Below are positions 1 to 8,826 of a DNA stretch of 64,000 nucleotides, in pieces. The notes beneath the pieces were generated by a model. That model worked only from the letters and a program-made list of their open reading frames with translations, ran no database searches and was not told the DNA's origin. Each line of letters opens with the position of its first letter. Within the stretch, counting starts at the first letter, position 1. Location of the stretch: positions 2,592,001-2,656,000 of the forward strand of contig OZ244065.1 of the NCBI GenBank assembly GCA_965215505.1, written 5' to 3'. The position numbers and the translations under genes are program-made. The DNA comes from Capsulimonadaceae bacterium. Lineage in GTDB: Bacteria > Armatimonadota > Armatimonadia > Armatimonadales > Capsulimonadaceae.

Positions 1-870
1 CGTCTCGGTCTTGGAGGGGAACAGGAACAGGTCAGAAGCCTGGTACAGCGGGTCCAGCTTGGTCCGGCCCAGGAACCCGGCGAAGCGGGTCCTGCGGTGG
101 ATGCCGAGCGTGCGGGTGCGGGCCTCCAGCGCCCCCCGGCTCTTGCCGCTGCCGGCGAGGATCAGGTAAGTGTCGTTGGTCTTCTCGGCGATCAGGGCGA
201 AGGCGCGCAGCAGCAGATCCAGGTTCTTCTCGGGGGCCAGGCGTCCGACATATAGCAGCAGGCGGGCGTCGGGCGGCAGGCCGAACTCGCGCTTGGTTTC
301 GGGCGGGCGCTGGAGCAGGTAGGGCGGGGCGGGGATGGCGGTCGGGACGACCGAAACGGGCGTCCGGACCCCGTACCCTTCCAGCACGCTCTGGGTGAGG
401 CGCGAGGGGGCCAGGACGCGGTCGCAGGTGTCATAAAAGCCGCGCATCCAGCGGACCAGCATCCAGCGCGTCGCCCCGACCGTCGGCAGGGGCAGATAGT
501 GGGCGTATTCGGTATAGAGGGTGTGGTTGGTGGCGACGTGCGGCAGTCCGAGCGACCGGGCGACGCGCCGGGCGAGCAGGCCCAGGAAGAAGGGTGAGTG
601 GGAGTGGACGATGTCCAGCCCCAATCCGGGGATGGCGCGGGCGATGCGCGGCGAGAAGGTGATCGGCAGGACATAGTCCGGCTCGACGAGGGCGTTGACG
701 GAGGGGAACCGGAAGACGCCGGGGCGCTCGTCCCGGTAGCGCGGGTAGCGGGAGGTGAAGACGAACACCTCATGCCCCGCCTGTTCCAGGTGGGCCGTGA
801 GGGTCTGGACGGACGTGCTGACGCCGTTGATGAGGGGCGGGTAGCTTTCGGTGAAAATTCCGACGCGCAT
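1..870 (-). CDS. GT4 family glycosyltransferase (diacylglycerol glucosyltransferase-like), 3' end outside window
   Basis: Not in the ORF track because it runs off the edge. Manual translation from ATG 870 gives MRVGIFTESYPPLINGVSTSV...DIVHSHSPF...LLYVGRLAPEKNLDLL...DLFLFPSKTET, which are GT4 motifs. Confidence 0.88.
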   Translation of the reverse strand, partial: MRVGIFTESYPPLINGVSTSVQTLTAHLEQAGHEVFVFTSRYPRYRDERPGVFRFPSVNALVEPDYVLPITFSPRIARAIPGLGLDIVHSHSPFFLGLLARRVARSLGLPHVATNHTLYTEYAHYLPLPTVGATRWMLVRWMRGFYDTCDRVLAPSRLTQSVLEGYGVRTPVSVVPTAIPAPPYLLQRPPETKREFGLPPDARLLLYVGRLAPEKNLDLLLRAFALIAEKTNDTYLILAGSGKSRGALEARTRTLGIHRRTRFAGFLGRTKLDPLYQASDLFLFPSKTET

Positions 871-879
871 GAGGCGGCC

Positions 880-1299
880 TTATCCCTCCGGGGCCCGATC
901 GTCTTGGGCATCTTGGGGCTTCTGCTGGTCTTCTTTGAAGGCCAGGACGCTGGACAGCTTGAAGCGACGCTGGTTGCCCGCCGACCGCTCGTGGGGGAGG
1001 ATACCCCGGTTGGTGTAGCGGCGGACGGTAGTCGGGCAGACCTCCAGAATGCAGGCGGTCTCTTCCAGAGTCAGGGTCGGGTCCACCAGACGCCGCAGCA
1101 GCTCCTCGCGCGTCTCTTCTTTGCGCGGTCCGCGCGCCTTGCGCGGCGGAGCCTGCCGGGGCGGGGCTTCGTCGGGGGGGCTTGGGGGCGAGGCACGCAC
1201 CGGCTCGAAGCCGTTCCGGGGGGCGGGGGGCGCTTTTTTGGCGACCGCCTTCCCCAGCATGTCCACATACTTGTTCCAGTCCTGAACGTTACGCAACAA
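880..1299 (-). CDS. Excisionase-like (HTH_17/MerR-type) DNA-binding protein
   Basis: LTLEETACILEVCPTTVRRYTNRGILPHERSAGNQRRFKLSSV is a typical HTH_17 pattern. Co-oriented with queA and the GT4 gene. Confidence 0.75.
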   Translation of the reverse strand: MLRNVQDWNKYVDMLGKAVAKKAPPAPRNGFEPVRASPPSPPDEAPPRQAPPRKARGPRKEETREELLRRLVDPTLTLEETACILEVCPTTVRRYTNRGILPHERSAGNQRRFKLSSVLAFKEDQQKPQDAQDDRAPEG

Positions 1300-1320
1300 C
1301 GAGATCCTCCCCGGCGGCCC

Positions 1321-2376
1321 TCAGATAATCAGCATGGCGTCGCCGAACGACAAAAAGCGGTAGCCCTCGTCCAATGCCTCGCGGTAGGCGCGGCGGATGG
1401 CGTCCGACCCTGCCAGCGCGCTGACCAGCAGCAGCAGCGTGGAGCGCGGCATGTGGAAGTTCGTCACCAGCCCGTCCACGGCCTGGAACCGGTAGCCCGG
1501 CGTCACATACAGGGACGTCTCGCCGTCCATGGGCGCGATGCGGCGCGGGCCGACGGCGGCGCTCTCCAGAGTCCGCGCCGAGGTCGTCCCGACCGCGATG
1601 ACGCGGCCCCGCGCGGCGTTGACGATCTCGGCGGCCTCGGGGGTGACGGTGACGCGCTCGGCGTGCATCTGGTGGGCCAGGACGTCTTCGGACTCGATTG
1701 GCCGGAAGGTCCCCAGCCCGACATGGAGGGTGACGCGGGCGAGGGTGACGCCGCGCGCCTCGATCCAGGCGAGCAATTCGGGAGTGAAGTGCAGCCCCGC
1801 CGTGGGCGCGGCGGCCGACCCGCCTGCGTCGGCGTAGACCGTCTGATACCGCTCGCGCCGGCCTGACGGCAGCGGAATCCCGATGTAGGGTGGCAGTGGG
1901 GCGGAGGACCGGGCCGCGATGGCGTCTTCCACGAAGACGCCGGGCGGCGCGTGGAACTGGAGAAGACGCCCGCCACGATCATCGGTCTTCTCGACGACGA
2001 GGGCCGAAAGCCCATCGCCAAACTCGACCAGGGTGTCCGGCAGCATCTTTTTTCCCGGACGCACCAGCGCGCGCCACAGGCCGTCGGCGACCCGGTGGGT
2101 CAGGAACGCCTCGATGCGCTCGTCGGGGCGGCCGGGCCGCGCGCCGAAGAGGCGCTGGGCGGTCACGCGCGTGTCGTTGAGTACCAGCACGTCGCCGGGG
2201 CTGAGGTAGTCGGGTAGGTCGAAAAAATGCCGGTGCGCCATCGTCGCCGCGCCCCGGTCCAGCACCAGCAGCCGCGAGCCGTCGCGCGGCTCCAGCGGCG
2301 TCTGCGCGATCCGGTCGGCGGGAAGGGGGTAGTCAAAGTCGGAAAGGCGCAGGGCTGGCGTGGGTTGTTCTTCCAT
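1321..2376 (-). CDS. queA: S-adenosylmethionine:tRNA ribosyltransferase-isomerase
   Basis: SDFDYPLP, LPPYI, RYQTVYA, AAPTAGLHFT, TLHVGLGTF, TNFHMPRSTL, YRFLSFGDAMLI. Confidence 0.98.
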   Translation of the reverse strand: MEEQPTPALRLSDFDYPLPADRIAQTPLEPRDGSRLLVLDRGAATMAHRHFFDLPDYLSPGDVLVLNDTRVTAQRLFGARPGRPDERIEAFLTHRVADGLWRALVRPGKKMLPDTLVEFGDGLSALVVEKTDDRGGRLLQFHAPPGVFVEDAIAARSSAPLPPYIGIPLPSGRRERYQTVYADAGGSAAAPTAGLHFTPELLAWIEARGVTLARVTLHVGLGTFRPIESEDVLAHQMHAERVTVTPEAAEIVNAARGRVIAVGTTSARTLESAAVGPRRIAPMDGETSLYVTPGYRFQAVDGLVTNFHMPRSTLLLLVSALAGSDAIRRAYREALDEGYRFLSFGDAMLII

Positions 2377-2458
2377 AGGGTGCGGGCGTAACGGGCCACA
2401 CCACTATTGTAGCGGAAGGGGGGGGTGCTGTCAAGGGGCTGCCGGAGAAGAAGGGCCG

Positions 2459-2896
2459 TCAGGGGAGGCGTTTACGGAGGTGAGCCACCATGCCCGCCCC
2501 GTTGTGGTGCAGCTCCACCTGATCCATCAGGGCCTGCATCAGATGGATGCCGCGCCCGCCGAGGGCGTCCGTGTCCTCCGCCCCGTGCTGCGCGGCAGGG
2601 TCGAAACCGTGTCCCTGGTCGCGCACCTCAATGAAGAACGCGCCGTCGCCCAAGCCGATGACGATGACGATGGGGCTGGCCGCGCTGGGCGAGCCGTACA
2701 GGATGGCATTGGTGACGGCCTCGCCCGCCGCGATCTCCACGTCGGCCAGGTCCAGGCCGCTGAGGCCAGCCCGCACCGCCAGCGCCCGCACCCGTTCCCG
2801 TGCCTGCCCAGCGCTCTGCGGATGGGCGGTGATCTCGAATTGCTCGTGGAAATCGTTCAAAAAAGTCCTCGCGGCAAAAGCTCTGCGGCGTTCCAT
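2459..2896 (-). CDS. RsbW-like anti-sigma factor / HATPase_c_2 protein
   Basis: EIAAGEAVTNAILYG, IEVRDQGHGFDP, GGRGIHLMQALMDQV. Confidence 0.88.
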   Translation of the reverse strand: MERRRAFAARTFLNDFHEQFEITAHPQSAGQARERVRALAVRAGLSGLDLADVEIAAGEAVTNAILYGSPSAASPIVIVIGLGDGAFFIEVRDQGHGFDPAAQHGAEDTDALGGRGIHLMQALMDQVELHHNGAGMVAHLRKRLP

Positions 2897-2931
2897 GGTT
2901 GACCGGCGCGGAAGGCTGGCATATCCGGCAG

Positions 2932-2958
2932 ATTACCCGGAAAGCATGAACGCCAAAC
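2932..2958 (-). promoter_or_regulatory. Candidate SigB/SigF-type promoter of the RsbW-like gene
   Basis: Minus strand GTTTGG-N14-GGGTAAT about 35 bp upstream of the start codon. Confidence 0.35.
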
Positions 2959-3039
2959 GCGGCACAAAATGTTTCATAAGAAGCCAACCCGAAAGCAGGC
3001 ACTTTCCCGCCGCTCGCGTGGTTACTGGTATCGTCCGCG

Positions 3040-3069
3040 TTGACAGAGGCGTGCCCGCCAAAGTATAAT
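3040..3069 (+). promoter_or_regulatory. Sigma70 promoter of the nitrite/sulfite reductase
   Basis: TTGACA-N18-TATAAT. Confidence 0.7.
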
Positions 3070-3122
3070 GGTGTATTGGCAACCAGTTTGCTAGGGAATC
3101 GGCGATTAGCAGGGAACTTCAC

Positions 3123-4793
3123 ATGAGCGACGTCAAGAGCGAGATCAAGATCACCAAAGAAGAGCGGCTGAAGAAGGAAAAGGCGGGCCTGGACGTTCTG
3201 GCCGACATCTACCGGTACGCCGAGACCGGATTCGACGCCATCGAGCCGGGCGACTTCATGCGCTTCAAATGGTACGGCGTGTACCAGCAGCGGCCCAACG
3301 AGGGCCACTTCATGATGCGGATCAAGGTCCCCGGTGGGCGCATGACGAGCGAGCAGCTCCGCACCGTCGCCGACCTGACCGAGACCTACGCGCGCGGCAT
3401 CGGCGACATCACCACCCGCCAGACCATCCAGCTCCACTGGCTGACCATCCAGGACATGCCGGACATCTTCGCCCGGCTCAATGCAGTCGGCGTGACCACA
3501 GCCGGTGCCTGCGGCGACATCACCCGCAACCTGACTTCGTCCCCGGCGGCGGGCTTCGACCCGCAGGAGCTTGTTGACACCCGGCCCGCCGTGGACGCCA
3601 TCCAGGACTTCTTCCACCTGAACCGCGACTTCGGCGACCTGCCGCGCAAGTTCAAGATCGCCGTGGAAGGCTCCCCCGTCCAGAGTACGCTGCCGCAGAT
3701 CAACGACGCCTCGCTGATCGCCCACAGGCGCGAGTCCGACGGCGTGGTCGGCTACCACTTCTTCGTCGGCGGCGGGCTGTCCCTCCAGCCCTTCTTCGGG
3801 CAGATGATCGACGTCTTCGTTCCCGCCACCGAACTCGACAAGATCGTGGACGTCATGCGGGCCATCGCCGAGTGCTACCGGGACGCCGAGCAGCTCCGCG
3901 CCAAGCGCACCCGCGCCCGGCTGAAGTACCTGATGGCCGAGTGGGGGCCGGAGAAGTTCACCGCCGAGGTCCGCGCCAAGCTCGACTGGACGCCCGACTC
4001 GGCCGCGCCGGGCTTTGAATTCTCCGATGAGACCTACCGGGACCATATCGGCGTCCACGCCCAGTCCCAGCCGGGCCTGAATTGGATCGGCCTGTGCGTC
4101 CTGGCCGGCCGGCTCACCGACACGCAGATGCGCCTGGCCGCCGACGTCGCCGCCAAGTACGGCGGCGGCGAGGTCCGCACGACGAACGTCCAGAACCTGC
4201 TGATCCCGCACATCACGACCGAGGACCTGCCCGCCGCTCAGGCGGAGCTTGCGGCGGGCGGCTTCGCCTGGGACGTGCCCAACATCCGGCGCGGGGCCAT
4301 CGCCTGTACGGGCATCGAGTTCTGCAACCTGGCGATCACCGAAACCAAGCTGCGGATCAAGGAGGTCCTCGTCCACCTGGAAGAGGTCGCCCCGAACCCC
4401 TACGAGCGCGGCCTGAAGATCAACATGAACGGCTGCCCGAACTCCTGCGCCCAGCACCACGTCGGCGACATCGGCCTCCAGGGCTGCCTCGCCCGGCTCG
4501 ACGACGGCTCCCAGGTGGAGGCTTACGATGTCCACCTGGGCGGCGATCTGGGCGCGCACCCGTCCTTCACCCGCGCCATCCACCGCAAGGTGCCCGCCGA
4601 GAAGGTCAAGTACGCCCTGGGCAACGTCATCCGGCGCTTCCAAGAAACCCGCGAGGGCGAGGAGCGGTTCGCGCAGTGGGCGCACCGCCACACCAACGAG
4701 GAACTGGACGCTTACCTTGGCGTCGAAACCATCGTCGGTGCCCCCGACCTGCCGGCCTCGGCCCAGGGGGCAGGCGTGACGACTTGGCGGTAG
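3123..4793 (+). CDS. Ferredoxin-dependent nitrite/sulfite reductase (siroheme, NirA/Sir family)
   Basis: FKWYGVYQQR, ITTRQTIQLH, GACGDITRN, LPRKFKIA, ACTGIEFCNLA and NGCPNSCAQH (siroheme/4Fe-4S ligands). Confidence 0.93.
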   Translation: MSDVKSEIKITKEERLKKEKAGLDVLADIYRYAETGFDAIEPGDFMRFKWYGVYQQRPNEGHFMMRIKVPGGRMTSEQLRTVADLTETYARGIGDITTRQTIQLHWLTIQDMPDIFARLNAVGVTTAGACGDITRNLTSSPAAGFDPQELVDTRPAVDAIQDFFHLNRDFGDLPRKFKIAVEGSPVQSTLPQINDASLIAHRRESDGVVGYHFFVGGGLSLQPFFGQMIDVFVPATELDKIVDVMRAIAECYRDAEQLRAKRTRARLKYLMAEWGPEKFTAEVRAKLDWTPDSAAPGFEFSDETYRDHIGVHAQSQPGLNWIGLCVLAGRLTDTQMRLAADVAAKYGGGEVRTTNVQNLLIPHITTEDLPAAQAELAAGGFAWDVPNIRRGAIACTGIEFCNLAITETKLRIKEVLVHLEEVAPNPYERGLKINMNGCPNSCAQHHVGDIGLQGCLARLDDGSQVEAYDVHLGGDLGAHPSFTRAIHRKVPAEKVKYALGNVIRRFQETREGEERFAQWAHRHTNEELDAYLGVETIVGAPDLPASAQGAGVTTWR

Positions 4794-4796
4794 GTT
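4747..4796 (+). repeat. Direct repeat copy 1: reductase 3' end
   Basis: 44/50 identical to 7627-7676 (offset 2880); encodes LPASAQGAGVTTWR*. Confidence 0.9.
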
Positions 4797-4803
4797 ACAG
4801 AAG

Positions 4804-4843
4804 TAGGAGAGGCCGCCGGGGATACTCCCGGCGGCCTCTCCTA
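4804..4843 (+). terminator. Hairpin/terminator after the reductase
   Basis: 17-bp perfect stem TAGGAGAGGCCGCCGGG / CCCGGCGGCCTCTCCTA. Confidence 0.75.
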
Positions 4844-5068
4844 TGCTCAGAAGTAGAGGCTACCTTGCCTTTTCTGACCGGTCTTGTTATAATAGGCCTA
4901 GAGCTATCCTCAGCCCAAAATGTTCAGCATATCGTCTGACATATCGCAGGAAGTACAACAGAACTTTCCTAAGACTTGCGAACAGGTTCAAGCGGGCTGG
5001 TGCGGCTCTTTGGAGCACATTCCAAGCAAGACGTTTCGTAACGGTATATACCCCCGGTGTAACAAATC

Positions 5069-7507
5069 ATGGCTTGGAAATCTCCGTCACAGATCAAGAA
5101 ATTTTTGCAGGAATATGATAAGGCGGGGCGATTAGAACAATTATTCGCCTTGAGCGAGTTCGGGAAGTGGGCGATCTTCCCACTCGATTATGTCGCATCA
5201 CCTCGTTGGGTCGAGTTGGTTGAACTGACAGAAGCGGGGAAAAGCCTGCTCGCCCGAGATCCCGGAATATACGACGATGTCGCAATTGGCGACATATACT
5301 TCGCAATCTTTGGCCTCTTCTATGCCCAAGACATTCTGATTGATGTAGAGGGAAGCGACTTGGAAGGCATAAGGGCCGTTCTAGATGTAGAAGCCCTCAA
5401 AGGCCGGATCAGGTGGCCTTACAGATTTGGGCGTCTTCTCTATAATAAATACAATTCCCAGTTTCCGGAGGGGGAGATCGCTTTTCTTATTTCAGAGCAA
5501 ATTGCTGAGTTTCTGAATGATACTCCTCAAGGTGTCTATCAGATTGGAACGCTCCTATCAGGCCCACTCGGTTTTCTTACAAGCAGAGAGAACAGATTCA
5601 TTCCCCCATCGCTAGAAATGCCTTTATGGCACTGCTCTGACCCAGGATGCTCGCGGTTTCATACAGTGGGCTTTCTCCCACCAAACATAGCACCTGTTGT
5701 TGAAGCATATGCACGTCTGGATGAGGGCGCAAGAAAACTCGGCCCTCCCTCTCCATGGAGATCACAGTTGGCTCGTCTTGGTCGAAAGGATAAAGTAGTC
5801 GAGGCCGATGGTAGGCTTTATGCAGACCTCCCGGCTGTTCTTGGAGGAAACATCGTTGGAGTAGAACGGACGAAGCTATTGGCAAGGGTGCTAAAATCAG
5901 AGCATGCTTCTTGGCTTCGTCAAATCATTGGTGCGCCTCCGCGCCGAAAGCAACAGGCAGAGGGTATTGCCGAAGACGTTGCTTCTAAACTGAGTGAGGC
6001 AGAGCAAGTGCAATTGCTCCTCCTGTTGCCAGACAGTGATTTAGTTACTCAGATTGACCAAGCCATATTCAGCCGCGAAATACCCATCCCTCCTAACGAG
6101 GTAAGGAAATCGGATGCCACACAAGTTGTTTGGCGGAATGACCCTTCAAGTGAGGTTTCTTCATTAGGGATACGCGCAGCAAGGACGCGACCTTTGATCA
6201 CTTTGTTCTCCGTTGTTTGGGAGGCGTATCAGGCGCTCAACCTTGTCGATGAGTTGGATTGGAAGCTTCACAAAGGCCCAGAGAGGTCTTCTCGCGACGC
6301 TTTGGCTAGTTATGTCGAAGGCGCGGGTCCAGCGGCGGCTGTCCGCCAACTCATCATGTCTAGTAAGCCAATCAGCCTAAGGATCAGTGATGAGCTGGGG
6401 TTGGCATTAAATGAGCAGGACGATCCTGATGTATTAGCTGATAGGTTCCTATGGAAATTAGGGTTTAGTCCCTTCCGTTACGACACGGAGTACAGTGTTC
6501 TGCGCGCACGCATGAATCAGTTCCGGGAGACTTTGCTCCAGATAGGAGAAATCAAAAGTGAAGCGAGTCGTGAAGCGATTCGCAGCACCGGGGTAAACCT
6601 TTTTGTATCTGTTGAACATTTTCTAGAACATTTGATTGCCTTCAATATTTGGCTCCTTGTCTCGGACCATTTTCTCAAAACTCGCTTTGTTTACGAAGCA
6701 GAAGCGGCTGTCGCTTCAGTCAGCTCCGCTCTGGAACCAATCAACACCACAGAAGGGCAATCTATCCAGTGGAACAAGAACGGTGGTAACACACTTGGTG
6801 TACTCCTTGCCTATCTGAGCCAGGCTGTGAAGTGGATTGAGGCACTGCCCGAGCGGGAACGGCACCCTTTGGCAAGGGAAGAGCATGATATTCCTAGTTA
6901 CGCCAACAGTAGCGAGCGTGTCTTTCCACTGAAACACTATGAGATGTGGGCGGATAGCGACTCAAGAGAGTTATCGCTTTTTGCACACGGCTTCAAGACA
7001 GTAGCGAATCAGCTTTCCAGAGCCAATCTTGCATCCATAAGGAACGGCCTTGACCACCATCGTTCAGAGGATGCCTTTCCAACAGCGGAAGGCATGATTG
7101 CTTGTGTGACTTGGCTGAAAGACGGTTTGGACTATGCTGACCTACATCGCTACATCCCAAAAACGTTTTGGCTTCAGTCGCGCAGTGAGGATCAATTTGG
7201 AGGACGGCAATACATGTTGCAAGATTATTTAGACCGCCCACTAGCATTACGAGGACCATCGATATTGACTGGAGTGCCGCTCGCGACATTCAACAAGCCT
7301 CTAATAATCGCGCCTGGAAATCTTCTCGGCTTACCAAATGCAGAACTGAAGTTTCGTGTAGAAGATCGTAGCGCGTTCTCTAAATATTGGGAGGGTTTCC
7401 CACTTAGGCGTCAAGTAGAAAAGAAAGGTTCTGATCCAGACGAAAACCTGGATAACACGCCTCTAGTGAACGATGCGGAGGCAGGGGATTTGGTTCAACC
7501 TGTTTAG
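5069..7507 (+). CDS. Low-GC 812-aa protein, putative HEPN-domain defence protein
   Basis: Long intact ORF with much lower GC than its flanks (line 5401-5460 is 27/60 GC). R-X4-H motif IRNGLDH near the C-terminus; HCSDPGCSRFH metal-binding-like motif. Function is inference. Confidence 0.6.
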   Translation: MAWKSPSQIKKFLQEYDKAGRLEQLFALSEFGKWAIFPLDYVASPRWVELVELTEAGKSLLARDPGIYDDVAIGDIYFAIFGLFYAQDILIDVEGSDLEGIRAVLDVEALKGRIRWPYRFGRLLYNKYNSQFPEGEIAFLISEQIAEFLNDTPQGVYQIGTLLSGPLGFLTSRENRFIPPSLEMPLWHCSDPGCSRFHTVGFLPPNIAPVVEAYARLDEGARKLGPPSPWRSQLARLGRKDKVVEADGRLYADLPAVLGGNIVGVERTKLLARVLKSEHASWLRQIIGAPPRRKQQAEGIAEDVASKLSEAEQVQLLLLLPDSDLVTQIDQAIFSREIPIPPNEVRKSDATQVVWRNDPSSEVSSLGIRAARTRPLITLFSVVWEAYQALNLVDELDWKLHKGPERSSRDALASYVEGAGPAAAVRQLIMSSKPISLRISDELGLALNEQDDPDVLADRFLWKLGFSPFRYDTEYSVLRARMNQFRETLLQIGEIKSEASREAIRSTGVNLFVSVEHFLEHLIAFNIWLLVSDHFLKTRFVYEAEAAVASVSSALEPINTTEGQSIQWNKNGGNTLGVLLAYLSQAVKWIEALPERERHPLAREEHDIPSYANSSERVFPLKHYEMWADSDSRELSLFAHGFKTVANQLSRANLASIRNGLDHHRSEDAFPTAEGMIACVTWLKDGLDYADLHRYIPKTFWLQSRSEDQFGGRQYMLQDYLDRPLALRGPSILTGVPLATFNKPLIIAPGNLLGLPNAELKFRVEDRSAFSKYWEGFPLRRQVEKKGSDPDENLDNTPLVNDAEAGDLVQPV

Positions 7508-7626
7508 CAGGGCGGTTCTTCGCAACATACCCGCAATGAAAGATCGTATGATGGTTTACTCACTGTTATCAATTTGTGCAAGCAGTTATAACTACGGATA
7601 AATCAGTGAGAGTGCCATACGCTCGC

Positions 7627-7676
7627 ACCTGCCGACCTCGGCCCAGGGCGCGGGCGTGACGACGTGGCGGTGAGTT
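7627..7676 (+). repeat. Direct repeat copy 2: displaced reductase 3' end
   Basis: Encodes LPTSAQGAGVTTWR*; differences from copy 1 are mostly synonymous. Confidence 0.9.
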
Positions 7677-7683
7677 GATCCAC

Positions 7684-7714
7684 AAAGGGCGGGCCTTACG
7701 GCTCGCCCTTTTTT
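7684..7714 (+). terminator. Intrinsic terminator after the displaced 3' end
   Basis: AAAGGGCGGGCC-TTAC-GGCTCGCCCTTT followed by a T-run. Confidence 0.75.
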
Positions 7715-7743
7715 GTTGCCAGCCTTCGGGTAGAATACGCGCT

Positions 7744-8826
7744 ATGAAACTCGATAAGCTGACCATTCGCGGCTACAAGTCCATCAAAGAGTTGAAAGAC
7801 TTTGAGCTCCGCAACCTGAACGTACTCATCGGTGCAAATGGCGCGGGCAAGAGCAACCTCCTGAGCCTCTTCCGCTTGTTAAATGCGATAGCGGAAGGCA
7901 ATTTGCAGGTGTATATCCAAAAGCAAGGCGGGCCGGATGCGCTGCTGTTCGGCGGGCGCAAGCGCACAGCACAACTGGATGCTCTGTTCTACTTTGGTGA
8001 CAATGGGTATTGGATTAGGCTGGCTGCCACTGCCGATAACCGCCTTATCTTTGAGCGCGAAGAAACACTATTCAAAGGGAAGATGAACCAAGTGAGTTAT
8101 CCACCCCTGGCTGGCTATCCAGAGGCATGGCTGCTGAACAATCTCACACCCGAAAGCCAGTCTGTCCGTCCCCCTTTGCAGCGCTGGCGGCTGTATCACT
8201 TCCAAGATGCAAGCGACGCAGCGGCAGTCAAGCAGCCCCACCCGAGTAATGACAACCTGCGATTGAAACCCGACGCAGCTAACCTTGCGGCGTTCCTGGC
8301 AAGCCTCCGCGCGGGCTTCCCAAGCGAATACAGGCGAATCGTAGAAACCATCCGGCTGGCTGCGCCGTTCTTCGGCGATTTCGTGATCCGCGACCCGCTG
8401 CCGCCGACTGTGGAACTGGAATGGACCGAGCGTGGAGACCCGGACACCCCCTACCGCGCCCATGTGCTGTCCGACGGCACCCTGCGCTTTATCTGCCTGA
8501 CGACCCTGCTGCTCCAGCCCCTCGCCCTGCGCCCCGACACGATCCTCATAGATGAGCCGGAGCTGGGACTGCACCCTTACGCCATCAACCTGCTGGCCGA
8601 GATGCTGAAACAAGCCTCCGCCGACAAACAGGTCATCGTCTCCACGCAGTCCGTCGAACTGCTCAACAACTTCACGCCCGAAGACGTGATCGTGGCGGAC
8701 CGTGAGGACGGCGCTTCTGTCTTCAAGCGGTTGGATGCGGATGAGTTAAAAGACTGGCTGGAAGACTACACCCTGGGCGAGTTGTGGAAGAAGAACATTC
8801 TGGGCGGGAGGCCGACGCGCACATGA
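7744..8826 (+). CDS. ABC/AAA_21 family ATPase
   Basis: IRGYKSIK, LIGANGAGKSN (Walker A), LSDGTLRF, ILIDEPELGLHP, VIVSTQS. Start taken at ATG 7744. Confidence 0.92.
   Translation: MKLDKLTIRGYKSIKELKDFELRNLNVLIGANGAGKSNLLSLFRLLNAIAEGNLQVYIQKQGGPDALLFGGRKRTAQLDALFYFGDNGYWIRLAATADNRLIFEREETLFKGKMNQVSYPPLAGYPEAWLLNNLTPESQSVRPPLQRWRLYHFQDASDAAAVKQPHPSNDNLRLKPDAANLAAFLASLRAGFPSEYRRIVETIRLAAPFFGDFVIRDPLPPTVELEWTERGDPDTPYRAHVLSDGTLRFICLTTLLLQPLALRPDTILIDEPELGLHPYAINLLAEMLKQASADKQVIVSTQSVELLNNFTPEDVIVADREDGASVFKRLDADELKDWLEDYTLGELWKKNILGGRPTRT

Noticed and set aside
880-1299. Excisionase of an integrated element
   Set aside because: Host-like GC, embedded in a queA/GT4 operon, no integrase nearby; more likely a regulator. 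A trans role cannot be excluded.
2628-4691. Long antisense ORFs (also 598-1866, 11587-13692, 27468-29522, 39675-41981, 56172-57881, 62041-63156)
   Set aside because: Shadows of well-supported genes caused by high-GC codon bias; no recognisable motifs.
5052-5065. CCCCGGTGTAACAA resembles the left half of the CRP-like palindrome at 59109
   Set aside because: No matching right half; a 13/14 match is plausible by chance.
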